Assembly: GCA_051294905.1 (NCBI GenBank)
Contig: CM119372.1
Location: 23,810,001 to 23,874,000 of the forward strand
Direction of reading: 5' to 3'
Source: Botryllus schlosseri
Lineage: Eukaryota
Length of the DNA stretch: 64,000 nt
Made by a program: the position numbers and the translations under genes. This document shows positions 11,938 to 25,683 of this stretch, one piece after another. The notes beneath the pieces are model-generated. The model worked only from the letters and a program-made list of their open reading frames with translations, was not told the origin of the DNA and ran no database searches. The stretch's first letter is position 1. Each line of letters opens with the position of its first letter.

Positions 11938-12660
11938 GGGGCACTGCACTCTAAAATGATGTGGTCTCCAATTGAAGGACAAAACGAAAAAAAAATCACC
12001 GCAGCCATTTTCTTCAGAACGCCACCGTAATGGAGCTGCAATTTATTGAAATTTCCACAGGACCTTCACGCTACAGCTGTCGCGGTCCTCTACGTAAGAT
12101 GTTTAGTCGGGAGGATTTGTGTCTGAAGCTTGTCATGACTCTATAATATTTGTCAGTTAACTGATACTGAGATGCCATTACAGTTATATATTGATGCAAA
12201 GCTATTCATTCAGCTGTAATTTTACAGTGTATTACTGACTGCACAGTGCACAAGCTTTAGAGTAGGACTATATCTATTTCTGTCCTAAAGAAATAGAATA
12301 CACTAGGCCCGATTTCGACATGAATATGCTGACTGAACATCGTCTGTTGAACGCCGTATCTATACCACTTGGCGTGTAAGACATATTTCCTTCAAAACAT
12401 CGGCTGACGACCATCTAAAGTTCGTTCTCTGCGTGACTGCCTAATCGCGTCGAGCAAGTACGACGGTGACGGCATCGTGCCATATAACGGGTTAAGAACT
12501 GACGTGCAGCCGCGACAGCTGGAGCGTGAAGGTCCTGTGGATATTTCAATAAATTGCAGCTCCATTTCGGCGGCGTTCTGAAGAAAATGGCAGCGGCTAA
12601 ATTTTTTTTTCGTTTCGTACTTCAATTTGAGACCACATCATTTTTAGAGTGCAGTGCCCC
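11938..12660. mobile_element. TTAA-flanked MITE with ~145-bp TIRs (Kolobok-like)
   Basis: TTAA|GGGGCACTGCACTCTAAAA...TTTTAGAGTGCAGTGCCCC|TTCA. Purine-purine start and TTAA target. Confidence 0.75.
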
Positions 12661-13742
12661 TTCAATCTATCAATATCGCAGAAAGTTGTCAGTAAATCTT
12701 CATCACGGCTGAATAATTATTCTTGTGGCAGTATAAAACTGCCTTTGAGACGGCAAGACAGTGGCATATTCCGGGTAGGGGTTCGGATTCCCCGACAAAA
12801 TCCTCAAATTTAAGTTGCTGTTGCGTCGGCGACCAAAATCACTCGCGAATACGATGCATTTGTAGTATGTACCCGCCTCGAAATCTTGTATCGCACGATA
12901 CGTTGATTGAGTAAAGAGAATAGCAGACGTAACGACGCCTGTATGACAATGCAGTGTTCAAATACACATTGCCTTCCTGATATACGGTGTTAAATGTACT
13001 GTCGTGGAAGTGACATTGACAATTACAAATTTTAATTACAATGGCTAATTGGCTACCCATGTTCTTGATTGGTAAGTAGCTTTTTAGCACTGCCGTTAAA
13101 ATGTAGGCCGGTAGTGAAACGTAATGTTACCGTGAATACTTTGAGAATTGAGAATCAGTGCGACTATGACATTCGAGTAAGATCCTTTTAATTATTACAA
13201 ATTCTAAGCTATTTACAATGAATTATGCTATCACAAATGATGTTTGGCCCGTCTGAACCTCACCTGTGCCTTACCTCTTCGTTCGCGCTTTATTTGAGAA
13301 CAACAAATTTGCTAATTTCTAGGGATTGGGGGCGAAAATGTTCCAAATGTAGTCATTAATGAACATCGATTGAAAACACCAATGATCATGGAAGGTTTCT
13401 CAATTTTCGTTCACTCATCCTGGCAACAGGTGAGGCACTGCCTCGCTTGCCTCCCATGTCCCCGCGTCACTGACGCATCACACCCAACGTGGGTAATAGG
13501 TATGTACTGCTGCGGTGAACACTGGCCATGTTTGACTCTACTTACGCAAATGATCATCCGTCCTCGCTTCTAACATGAGCACCAAGACGAGTCCACGATC
13601 TCGTGTAAGTGACGGAAGTCTCAAATTTTGTATGAAGCTAACCTCAACAATTAACAAACAGACTACAAAGTCACCGGTAATTCCAGGCGACACCAAAATG
13701 CGCATTAACTGAGCGCAGCTTAGGGGGAACATTGCTGACTAC

Positions 13743-16621
13743 TAGGGATGGTGTGAACGCGAGGTTCACGTTCGCGTTCTGTGTGTGAACCTCGGGAATT
13801 TAGAGGTTCGCGTTCACAACAGAACCTTAGTAGGTTCTGCACTGTGAACCTTTTTCATATATTAAAATTTTCACTTCATATTGACATCTTTGGATCGAAT
13901 TTATTGCATTTCAACTGCGGGCCACTCTATGAATGACGCCGGCAGCATAAAAAAGCAACTCAAAACGAGCATGCACCTTGACAATTTCAAAGATTTTACT
14001 TGCTTTGTTACAAAAATTTTGCTCTAAATATCCAACTTTCTGTTAGTGAATATTTAGTGACTCTCTGATGTGAGCCAACCCGCAATCACACAACATCACG
14101 AGCGACATACATAACATGTAGAGAGCGAATGATGCTTATTCAACCAATCAATAAGAATGATATCGTTTTTTTATGTACAAATCTAGCTAGCGTACGGGGT
14201 CTATCTTCAGCTTCACATCATATGTTTACTGTATCATTAAAACCAAATCCGTGCGATTGAGGTGTTAGCTACAGCTGTATAACTTTTCGGGTAGCCTAAT
14301 ATCGGTAGCAAGTATAAAAACCTGTTTTACACTCTGCCCAATATCATTGTAGCAATACTCATACACCGAATACATTGTCTGGCCTGGTCAAGACCGGTAA
14401 GGCGTAAGCTTATATTCCCTGGCAACTCCACTTCGAAATTATTGGCAAAGCGAAGGATGATATTGATTTTATGGGAGTATTATATCATTTGATTGCCTCA
14501 GCAGTTGATACATTTAGCGACGTTTAAAACGCCAAAATGTACTTCAGCATTGTGGCATTATGTGGCCCGAGTCGTCGCTAGGTATCGTGTACATCAGTGG
14601 TTCTTAACCTTGCCTCCAGCGCCCCCCAGGGGGCGCTGGCGATTTTGAAAGGGGGCGGAAACGCCCGGGGGCGATATGGGGGGCGCTGGGCTCAGGGGGG
14701 CGGTATGGGGGGCGCTGGAGAAAAATGGCTTCGCCTTAGATGATGTGGTGGTAGGACATATCCTTAATGAGTATTCAGAGAGAATGAACACCGAAAACTT
14801 CGTTATATATAGCCTACAAAAGACTTATAGGTTTAATTGTCCATGGACGCCTAAATGACTGGCACCGAATATTCCTGTGTTGGCAATCTGAACCCCAGAA
14901 GACGAATTCCATCCGGCAGGGAAAAATTATATGCCAGTGAGGAAATACCAATTTGAAATCGTGTTCGTCTTTTAGTTTAGTACGATTGGGCGACAGGGAT
15001 ATCTAAAACTAGATATTCTTGTTGGGCGATATCCCTGTTGGGCGATTCTATATTTTTTGATATAGTAGACAGGAAGTCACGAAATAACATCATGCAACGA
15101 AGTCATACTAACGGGTTCGCCCGACCGAATATGTTCAATTATTAGTTACGGGCCCTACACTTTCCAAGACACCTAACAATGTTCGCTCTACGTTTTGATG
15201 AGTCTGCGCACACTCAATAAACTCACTGCGCAGACCCTTGGACAACAGTGCGTAACGTCTAAAAAAGGGTCAAAACTTCGGAATAGTTGTACGCAACGTA
15301 GATTTTCTGTGCACAGATACCATGTCAGCACTGCGCACGTGAGCAGCTTAGACGGAACATTGCACCTCACTCAGCTCTACCGGTAAATCTGGTAACGTGA
15401 GCAGAGAGGACAAGAAATTAATAGCAATATATATGCAATTCCCGATCTTACTGACCGATTTTATCATGAATTATCGAAAGTTTTCGCACTTCGCACTGGC
15501 TCGCTAAACAGTACAGCTGATTTCGTGGCAAAACGAACAACGTGATGGTCGGTTTATCGCCCTATGGGAGCCCAAGACCCAAGTTTTTTCGTGGGGCCTG
15601 ACGAAGTGCCGTTTCGTTCCTGCCAACGGGTATAAACCCGAAGATGTATAATTTATTATTGAGGGGTCCTACCTTTTCAATCACACATCACTCAGCTCTA
15701 CCGGTAAATTTGTTTACGTGAGCAAAGAGAGGATAAAATTTGTTATCAATATAAATGCAATTCCCGATCATATTTACCAATTCAATCATTAATTATTGAA
15801 ATTTTTCGCGCTTCGCGCGTCTAGGCGGGAATACCTGCCTCAGTAAATGGACACCCAATGTAGATGACTAGTATCAGCAATTAGTGGATAGCCGAAAGGG
15901 GGTCTGGGGGCGAAGCCCCCTGGAAGTTTGGTTTATCACCCGATGGGGGGGGCTAAGACCAACGTTTTTGGGGGGTTGACAAAGTGCTGTTACGGCCCTG
16001 GTAACGAATTAATTGTACCTACGGGCACGCCTGAATATGTTTAATTATTAATTACGTGCCCTCCATCTTCCCATACAACAGCTCAATCTGCGCTACTGGT
16101 AAATCTGATTACGTGGGCTGAGAGGATAAAAGTTTATAGGGACTTGTATATGTAATTACCACCTATTCATTCATACATTATAGAAAATTTTGTTACCTAG
16201 GGCGACCATGCCACACAAACTTTGCTGACCATCGAAATCACGCTACGGGGTTCTTGGGGGCGAAGCCCTCGGAAGTTTGGTTTATCGCGCTATGGGTGCG
16301 CAAGGCAATCATTTTTAGGGGGGATCACGAAGTGCTGTTACGGCCCTCCCGCTTACTCATTGTCTTTATTACATTCCTTACAATATGCGGTTGGGGGGCG
16401 CTGGAGCACGATAATTTTTGAAAGGGGGCGCTGAAGGAAAAAAGGTTAAGAACCACTGGTGTACATCAATATAGGCTATCACTTCATTGAAAGATAGGGT
16501 TGGAATTAGCTATATGACGTCACGTGACGTCACTAGGTTCACGTTCGCGTTCACACAGAACCTTTCAAAAAGGTTCGCGTTCACACGAACCTGAACCTTT
16601 CAGAGGTTCACTACATCACTA
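13743..16621 (+). mobile_element. hAT family A, copy 2
   Basis: TAGGGATGG...CATCACTA with perfect TSD CTGACTAC. Confidence 0.9.
14595..16458 (+). mobile_element. hAT element with GGGGCGCTG repeats nested in family A
   Basis: Perfect 15-bp TIR CAGTGGTTCTTAACC and perfect TSD GTGTACAT. Internal diverged direct repeats. Confidence 0.9.
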
Positions 16622-16642
16622 CTGACTACCTACATTTAGTGT

Positions 16643-16875
16643 CGCTGTTACAGTTTTTGTGGCATTCATTGTGCTTTTCGACCACAATGGTCATTTACAC
16701 CAGACTGATATTCTTAATTATGATTCATTATCTGCCGACTTGTAGCACGGTCTATTTCTAGGCTTTTACGGGATCAGGTGGTGAATATAGGAGTCTAGAT
16801 TAAGGCCCAACAAACGAATCGGACTAGAAACTATTTGTGTTACAGCTTTGGTTCATACCAAGCCGTTATCTCGCC
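16643..16875 (-). mobile_element. Diverged, internally deleted SINE family 1
   Basis: Similarity to the family and 11-bp TSD ACATTTAGTGT. Confidence 0.75.
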
Positions 16876-16894
16876 ACATTTAGTGTTTTTCGTT

Positions 16895-17245
16895 CTTGAT
16901 GTTGTGTGATTACGGATCAAGCTCAGAGCAGAGAGTCACTAAATATTCACAAATGTTTCGAGCAAACTTTTCTAACGAAGCAAATTATATGTTTGACGTT
17001 GGCAAGGTACTTCCTAGTTTAGTTCCGAATTTCTTTTCCTGCTATGCTGGTGTCTTGAAGAGAGCGGTCCGAATTTGAAATACAAATAAATTCAATCAAA
17101 GATGTCATAATGGCATGAAAAATTGTAATTTATGTAAAAGGTTCCCAGTGCAGAATCTACCAAGGTTCGTTTGCGAACGCCAACCTCCAACTTTTTGGGG
17201 TTCACGCGCAGAACGCGAATGTTCTGCGCGTTCACACCATCCCTA
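16895..17245 (-). mobile_element. Inverted left-end fragment of hAT family A
   Basis: Ends GTTCACACCATCCCTA and matches the reverse complement of about 13743-14090. Confidence 0.75.
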
Positions 17246-17403
17246 TACTTGGGTTCGATGCGATTTTTACGGATCCATACTGCGTTGACGTTTCCGAAAT
17301 CAATTTCATTTTATTCAGAACCAAATAACTTCCATTCCAAATAAATCTTAGGTTAAGATTTTACCACACCACGAATATTCACTGCTAGCATAAATTTGCT
17401 CAC

Positions 17404-17555
17404 CACTCCAATTTGTACGCCAATCGGTCCTATGTTCTGAAACGATTCTACCATCTTCACGAGGGACTGCTTCATGAACTTGAAATCCTCGGTGCTAATG
17501 CTGTTCGACCCGTCCAACATAAACATTAAGTCCATACGGGCGAGATGGCATGTCA
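17404..17555 (-). CDS. VWA-domain protein exon 2: TCHLARMDLMFMLDGSNSISTEDFKFMKQSLVKMVESFQNIGPIGVQIGV
   Basis: Polypyrimidine tract plus TTTCAG acceptor, and GTGAGC donor (phase 0). Carries the MIDAS DxSxS motif (DGSNS) after the DLMFML beta strand. Confidence 0.93.
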
Positions 17556-17641
17556 CTGAAACCGAAAAAAGACGAATTTTAGATTATGTTGCAACATATC
17601 AACTGTATGATGATTCCAGCAATTTTAGTTATGCCTATACG

Positions 17642-18068
17642 TAGGGTTGCATTTAAAACAAAATTCAATTTAAAACAAACAGGTTTAAGACAAGGCCCTT
17701 GTTCAAAGCATGTTTTTCATTGTTTTTCTTTGTTTTTTTCAAGTCATGACGTCACGAATATTCAATTGTGACGTCATAGTGGACTGACATTGACGATGGA
17801 AAATATAGGGTAAATATAGCTACTTTGACGAAATATATGTATACCATTGCTGTTGAAACGACTATTTTTAGGGTTCCAACCATCCCATATCGATATACGT
17901 CGGATATTCGGGTGGTAATTGTCCTTAGGTTCATACAACATGTTTTTTGAAAAGTATTTACACAATTATGGCAGAATTTTACAACTTAAAAAAACAATTA
18001 CGTTTTTTCAGAAGGGCATTTGTTTAAAACAATGTTTTAAAACACCGTTTGTTTTAAATGCAACCCTA
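17642..18068. mobile_element. hAT MITE (TAGGGTTGCATTTAAAAC TIR)
   Basis: Perfect TIR with TGCCTAT flanks. A second copy at 57038-57347 is in the opposite orientation. Confidence 0.85.
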
Positions 18069-18470
18069 TGCCTATGGATACCTATCTCATTTGTTGGGTA
18101 TGAAGTATGACCCTCCAGCTTACGCGCTTTTTTCCAACTATTACCATTTTCTTAATAACCGTGGAAATCTTTGTATCCACAAAGAATATCGTAGGGTACC
18201 GTGAAAGGGGTCAATCATCAATTCTCGTTTTTTTAGTTATCATTTTTCGAATAACCATGAAAATCCATGCACCCATATAGAATATGGTACCGTAAACAGT
18301 GATCGATCAGCAAATTTCTGCACCGTTACAAGAGCTCACTTTGAATTCATGATTGCCTGTCTATTTTGCGATTAGTCAAAGGGCCCCCTCCTACATTTAC
18401 GCGAAGTTAAGTTATCATTTTGCGAATAGCCGTGAAAATATATGTAGGGGAGACCCGGGACAAATGTAAC

Positions 18471-19749
18471 CAGGGCTTTGGAGCCGGAGCCGGAGCCCGG
18501 AGCCGGAGCCCCGGAGCCGTGCATTTTCACCGGAGCTGGAGCCGGAGCCGGAGCTGTACATAAAATTCAGCCGGAGCCGGAACCGGAGCTGGAGCCCGTT
18601 ATTTGAGGAGTAGCTCCGGCTCCGACCTATTTCATAAGATGCCATTATATATGTATGCAAACAACCACATCTGCTGATATATCATAATTGAACAGCAGGC
18701 CTGAATTTTAATGCTGTGCACAGCAATGGCATAAAGTGCGTTCTAGTGCAACTGATGTTGTCGACAATTGACAAGTATTCAGTATGACGTCACAAGCCGG
18801 CACGGCGGCACCTATATGTCTTCGTTGCTACATCGGATGTTACTGACGGCTGACAGACTCTAGATTACATTAGATAACTAACCTATGGGTAGATTAGTAA
18901 TCTATATAGACCAGGAATGGCCAACCTTTTCGGCTAAAGGGGTCCATGCAATTAACGAGCGAGTGTGCGGCCCACTAGCCGCGCCAAGCGGGTAAAATTT
19001 TCTAAGTTTATAAATAAACTAGGTCAATAATATTATTACTTGAGTATTGCGGGTCTATTGTATACCCCCCGCTAGGGTCAGTTTGCAAGGACACGACTGT
19101 TCGGCGTCTGGTCATGTCGATATCGAAGGTCTCCGATAATATGCGACAATAATGTTGTGCCTACATTTCACCGTCGACGATCTTTATGCGAGCGCAAACG
19201 CGAAAAGACTTTCTTGCGTAATTACGAATACAGTTAGACTCAATCGGGTAAATTGGGCGTTTTTTTTTCATTGTCAGTAGGGGGTAGGCTACCAAGCAAG
19301 AAATCGTGTGACAATTAAACACGCGAAGCATGAAGAAAAATTTCGCTACTATTTTAGTTTATTGTAATGTACGACGATTTACTGAAAATGTGATTGGACC
19401 CTGGATCTGCCAATGCGTCGGAACTGATATTTTAGTCATCAACATCCCAAGTGTCGCAGTCAGAATCGTAATTTTTGGTTGGCATTGCAAGTTCACAATC
19501 TGAGCAATTCATTTTCGATAATATAATATAGGAAATTACCTCGCGGGCCACATTTGGCCCGCGGGTTGACAACCCCTGATAAAGATAGGCCCATTCGATA
19601 ATTTCAGAGCCGGAGCCGGAGCCGGAGCTGGAGTCGGAGCAGTGGTAATAATGCGGCTCCGGAGCTGGAGCCGGAGCTAATGTATGATAGAAGAGAGCTC
19701 CGGAGCCGGAGCTGGAGCAGTTCAAATTTCTGACTGCTCCAAAGCCCTG
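18471..19749 (+). mobile_element. hAT family H with (GGAGCC)n subterminal arrays
   Basis: CAGGGCTTTGGAGC...GCTCCAAAGCCCTG with perfect TSD AATGTAAC. Confidence 0.9.
18912..19578 (+). mobile_element. Charlie-like family I nested in H
   Basis: CAGGAATGGCCAACC...GGTTGACAACCCCTG with TSD ATATAGAC/ATAAAGAT. Relatives at 37900-38624, 48457-49158 and about 50500-51068. Confidence 0.82.
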
Positions 19750-19960
19750 AATGTAACTAGGGGCAAATGTAACAATCGACCTCACCGCTAGTAGGATGGA
19801 GAAATCAGCTTGATATTTTAAGTGCGCATGCAGTAGTTATTTCTCCTATTATGCCTGAAGTTACGTTGAGCTACGATGCGAAACCCCAGAATAATTTACA
19901 AAAAACGAAATTTTTTACCCTTGAGTAAAGTTTTTCTGGTCTGCAATAATTTGTCTATAC

Positions 19961-21124
19961 CAGAGGTCTCAAACACGCGGCCCGCCAGAGCATTTTGTGC
20001 GGCCCGCGACGACATTTTAGATTTTTCCTAATTTGACAATATATAAGTATCACATATCTTTTCAAGTTGTAAAGTGAAAATCCCCTCTAAAATTGCTCTG
20101 AAAGCCCTAAATTATTCATCAAACTTCACTTTCACATCAATTCCAAACGCTACCGTGCAGTGGAAGATTCACCATTTCGCCACATTTCCAATTCATGATG
20201 ACAAAACCTGACCCTTAGACGATTCGTGAGTGAAATTTGTGAGTTGGACTTGGACTACTCAGACTCGGGCTAACTCAATGGCAAAATAAAAATGAATCGA
20301 GTGAACTTGGAGTGACTCGGAATGCCGTGAATTTGTTTGAACCATGGACGCAACAAACTAATCGCGTATCAGGAGAATAGTAATAGATCAGAAGGTCGCA
20401 GCTTGGTATTTCGCTAACTAAGCAAGTAGTTATGGCAACCATTGGCAATCTGTTGTTACATCTTTGGTCGCTAAACCATGTTCTTAAAGGTGCCGAGTAC
20501 CGTAGTGGTACGCTCCAACGATGTAATAGTAATGGGCCGTTCGGCGTTCCGACATTTCAATCACTAGGACACATTCATTAATATATTTATATTATATTTA
20601 TATTTCTTTCTGCTCCTATATTTGAACATATTTGGCCATGAGATTAATAGCCCACTTATCAGAAGTATACCCGAATCCTGGATTGGCATTACAATGCTCA
20701 ACCTAAAAATGTTCTTATATCAGATTAGTTTCTATTATCAATCTGTTAAATTCAAAATATTCATAGTAGTTGAAAAATTATAACCCGATAGCTTTTATGA
20801 TGGCATCATACATTTGTCCACCCATATGGAGTATATATCTTATAATTAATATATATCAAGTACAACAACAATTTTATTCAAATAGTTATAAATGTGATGA
20901 TTCTTCTCGTGCCAGGCCTAAATTGATAAAAGATTAAATCACATTTTGACGATGAGTGTTTACTGTCAGTCTGCTGGATCGGCTCACTTTCAATAAGACT
21001 GTTCATTCCCGCCAAATAAGGCCTACTTGGAAAGACATTAGAACACCACTATAAATGCTGCGGGCCGCGGCGTCGTCAAAACTGGAAGACTGGCCCGCGA
21101 GCACATTTGAGTTTGAGACCTCTG
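19961..21124. mobile_element. Charlie-like hAT element
   Basis: Perfect TIR CAGAGGTCTCAAAC and TSD GTCTATAC/GTCTAGAA. Confidence 0.85.
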
Positions 21125-24100
21125 GTCTAGAAGAATAGTACCTCAACTAGTTACAACGTAATATATATAGCTGAAACAATGTTACTATAGTCTACCGTGG
21201 TGATGGAAAGAATAGGACTTGCATCGCCGGGAAGGTACCTTACTGAGACACTAATCATGGTCGAGCGTGTCAGGGGCAATCGTAACACTCTGTTACTTTT
21301 GCCCCGTTAAAATATGTTATCAATTCTGAATGACTCTGTTCATATGTTGGTATTACCATTCATATACTGCAGAATAATCTTGCAACAGCCAGAAGTTCAC
21401 CAGAACAGATACTGCCTTGCGATACCAATTCTAACATGATCATCTGTCGAAACGGCCATACAATAGTGGTGATGTGAATCTGACGGTTCGGTTATTTTCG
21501 TGATTCAACCACCCTTTCTCATTTTGATCGACTTTTGGTGTATCGGACTTCAATGGCTTAATTCTCATCCTCTGACTTTGATCATGGCCCACTTACATTT
21601 TGATATGCGATGTGAACAATTTATGTTAATTTTCTACAGCACAGAAAATGTCATTATAGCTTTGACGCCACACAATGTTGCGTCCTCGTTTTACTATACT
21701 ATCATCGGCCCATTCAACCAAGATATGTTAGCCAGGTCGGTTTCGCACCTTCGCAGGTGACCGAATGACCAACCCATTATGCACGCTTAACAACAGAACC
21801 TTGGTAGAAGAGGCCGAATATGTGTAGGGAGATGATGGAGTGAATGTGTCTCATGTACACTTTAAGCTTGAACAAGACACGAGGGGTGATATTACATTCA
21901 GATGCCATAAATGCGATGGGGCGTAGCCTGGAAGCGTTCAAACGTCTCTTCCTTTAGTTTCATGCAATATTACAATTTGTGCTTCCGTTTTCGTTGTTCA
22001 TTTAGTTTGAGTTTAGTTATAAATAACACCGTAACAATTTCAGCGATTTTTGCGACCCAAAATTTACATGATTGATTGTTGATTGAGTACAAAATTATTT
22101 TTTATATCAACTATCGAGTTGTTGGCTTCTTTATATAAAACGTTGGAAGTGAAATTTCCACGAGAAAAAAACGTAATGTTGGAAAATACGAAAATTGTTA
22201 CAACTGTCCCCGGTCTCCCCTACCCATGTAGAATATGGTACCGTAAACAGATGTCGATCATTGAATTTCTGCACCAGTTATAAAAGCTGACTTTGATTTT
22301 ATTGAGGGGGACCGTCCTACATTTACGCGATTTATAGTTATCATTTTGCGAATAACCGTGAAAATACATGTACTCATGTAAAATATGGTACCGTAAACGG
22401 TTGTCCATCGTTAAATTATGGAGCCCGTTAAAAAAGCTTACTTTGATTTTATTGAGGGGCCCTCCTACATTTACGCGATTTATAGTTATAATTTCGCGAA
22501 TAACCCTGAAAATATATGTACCCATGTAGAATATGGTTACCGTAAACAGTGGTCGATCATTAAATTTCTGCACTCGTTATAAAAGCTGATTTTGATTTTG
22601 TTGAGGAGGCCCCTCCTACATTTACGCGATTTATAGTTATCATTTTGCGAATAACCCTGAAAATATATGTAGGCCTACCCATGTAACATATGGTACCGTA
22701 AACAGTTGTCGATCATTAAATTTCTGAACCCGTTAAAAATGCTAACTTTGATTTTATTGAGGGGGCAGGCGCGCCTTCATTTACGCGATTGATGGTTATC
22801 ATTTTGCAAATAACACTGAAAATACATTTACCCATGTGGAATATTGTGCCGTAAACAGTTGTCGATCACTAAATTTCTGAACCCGTTTAAAAAGATAACT
22901 TTGAAATTATTGAGGGGACTCCCTCCTACATTTACGTGATTTATAGTCGTCATCTTGCGAATAACCATGAAAATCCATGCACTCATGTCGAATATGGTGT
23001 CGTAAAGAGGGGTCGATGACCAAATGTTTGCACCGATATAGAAGTGCATACTTTGTTTTTAGCAGACCCTACCGTACTCTATTCATTTTGCAATTAAATG
23101 GAAATAACTTCTAAATGCTCCTGAAGGCGCCCTGATTTATTAACATGCTTTTTGCGTCCCCGCCCAGAATCCTTGCAGATTTTGGTATCGCACTATTCAC
23201 TCGCCAAGTATTCACATAATTTTGAAGGCCCGGCTGCTACTCCTTTTCATCTAATTTATTATTCAGGAGATATTTGTGCAAGAGACGCGATTGCACCCAC
23301 AAGCATAAAATTTTGTCGTGAATGATTATTACGTTCATGATATTTTTAATTATTATTATACACCTTCTTCTCAGTGCCATAAAATTACAATAACATTTAC
23401 AATAAACTACTACAGTGTACACAGGAAGTATATATTTTCCGTGACTGGTGCATATCATTCATTTTCAGTAATAGGCCAACTCTATGTCAGTTGCCCTAAA
23501 ACAAATTAATGGTTAATTTCAGTTTTAAGAATTGACAGAAATTTGCATCAAGCGATTTTGAAATCTATCCAAGTAGCTTACATCACAATTTCAAGTTTTC
23601 AAATTCAATTTCCAGCTTTTCAAGTTGACGCATGATGAAAACGAGCTTTTCCGGCTTATTCAATCATAAAATCGATAGAATCTTTGGTAGGTTTGTACAT
23701 GAGCTACCTTGTAGAAGTTGATCTAATATCTCATTCAACTTACAATTAGGCTTTTTTGTATACGGTACTCAAATTTAAGGTCATTGCTATTGAAAATCAT
23801 TGGAGTATCCCTCTCATTTCTGTCAACTTTAAAATCCTCATCATTAATAATCATATGGAAGCTATGATAACATAATATGGTGAGAAAATGAGTTCTTATA
23901 CAATATATAATTTCAAAGTTTGGACAGCAATGTATATTGTAGGCAGAAGTAGGCGATTTGGATAATGTTTAGCTCCTCTTGAAACTGGCGTTCGCAATCT
24001 TTGTGTAGACAGAGTTGCGCTAACAATATTTGAATTTGACGGTGTGCATGACTTGTTTTTGAAAATTATTATTGGCCTCGTTCTGATCCCTAACCTTATT

Positions 24101-24779
24101 ATATTGTCACGTTCAAGAGCTTCTTCTATTCTATCTGACTCTGGCTGTTTTATGACCGGTAAATGACACATTGCAAGCATTCAATGTAAAAGTTACCGTA
24201 AACATGAAGCTATGTCTTGGTTAGGTAACTTCTGGGACAAGTGATGTTTTGTATTATACCGGCCTTTGTTATTTTCTGTAGGTACTTTTGTTGTATTAGC
24301 TGTTAGGAATAAATTATTTTTCTTTAGCTGTTGCCGTAGAAATATAGTCCATGAGTTAATCCTCGTTGAGTCATACCGTAATATTTCTTGATGACAATAA
24401 ACTCCTCTTGATTGAGTTATCTTGTCAAAGAAGGGGAGTCATTATTGTTTGTTGTTGTTGTTGATGTTGTTGTTGCTTTGAGTAATAATGATGTCTCGAC
24501 TGCTTTGGTAAGTTACACCACACCAATATCATTTTGTACCCGTATGATAGTTGTTCTTTTTCTTTTTCTTCTTTTTTTCTTGGTTGTTCTTTTTTTACTT
24601 TTGGTGTCATTTCTGCTATCATCATTTTGATTGCTACTTTTTTGAAGTACCAAATGCATCAATTCAATTGTCCGGTCATAGTAGTTTCTTCATTCATTGA
24701 AAGTTTCAATTCTATGTATGTGTTTTATCAACTTCATTGTTTGGTCACCTTACTGATTGATTAGCTCTTGAACCTTATT

Positions 24780-24900
24780 CAGGATTGTAACCGAGTCACA
24801 CGGTTCCGAGTCAAAAGTCAATCCTACTTTTATATTTACTTTTATACTTTTATATAAGTCGAGTCAACAAAATATCACGACTCGAGTCATTGCAATCCTG
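24780..24900. mobile_element. Short MITE of a GACTCGAGTC-rich family
   Basis: CAGGATTGTAA...TTGCAATCCTG. Similar motif clusters at about 25915-26020, 30720-30770, 44520-44662 and 54722-55263. Confidence 0.65.
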
Positions 24901-25683
24901 TGAATGATTCCTTGAAAAAGTATAAACTTTTTCTTGTTGAGTTTATATTGCCACAGTATTTGTGATTAATTTCATATATGAAAATCACATCTTGAACTTG
25001 AATGACACAGTTGCCTGTTATGCGTGGACTTTTGAATGATTTTATTGTGAATAGTTGCATACATAATAAACAGTCCGTTGAGTATTAGGGAGTCTGTAGG
25101 CATGCAACATATAACAGTTGTAGTGAGAGGGGTGGGAGTCTGGGGAGCGTTGCCCCCCAGAAGTTGCCTTCATAGAAATATGGGGGGCTGGAAGTTTCGC
25201 CCAGGGCCTTCCCAATCCTGGGGCCACCACTGCTGGGCACCAGCTATTTTCCTCAGAAAGTCCCGTTTTCGAACGGAAGATGAAGGATTTTAACGAATGG
25301 TCCTATTGCACATATCGACCTCTGTGGTATCTAGGCCATGCGTCATCGCTTCGTAAAGCTTTGCAAAACTTCCGGCACGAATTTCGTCATTGTTGCTGTT
25401 GCACGTTCTCGGCGCGAATAAGCATTCAACCAGACATAAAAGGTTAAAAAGCCATCACGGGTGACCTCGATACCACTGAGATTGATGAATTGCAAAAGGG
25501 TCACTCGCGTGCCACAGCATTGGAAAGGTTAGCGGCGTGTAGAAGAATACTACATGCTGACAATAGTGGTTATTTGCTTTGCGGTTGGGTTTATTCGATC
25601 CGCAGACATGTAGCGTTTTCGATAGAGCTATTTAAATATTTCATTTGCCCGACGGAATATGTATAAAATTCTTCGCTACTTAC

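Larger units (their letters stand above)
18447..22220. mobile_element. TA-flanked TIR element (Tc1/mariner-pogo-like), non-autonomous, with nested hATs
   Basis: TA|GGGGAGACCCGGACAAATGTAAC...GTTACAACTGTCCCCGGTCTCCCC|TA. The satellite unit is restored on removal. Confidence 0.82.
18110..23045. repeat. ~150-bp tandem satellite (about 8 units) split by the insertion at 18447-22220
   Basis: GTTATCATTTTGCGAATAACC-like motif at 18236, 18411, 22337, 22485, 22636, 22795 and 22946. Confidence 0.9.

Noticed and set aside
18415..19785. GS/AP-rich ORFs (18415-18660, 19432-19785; also 49103-49300)
   Set aside because: They are translations of (GGAGCC)n subterminal arrays of family H.
22221..23045. CRISPR-like regular repeats (also 46830-47735 and 4900-5450)
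   Set aside because: Whole units repeat with no unique spacers, there are no cas genes, and the context is eukaryotic.
23450..24780. Possible very old minus-strand LINE (DVSYLD..F resembling an RT motif) and the K/E/Q-rich ORF 24425-24625
   Set aside because: Too degraded to call by eye, and the ORF is low-complexity.
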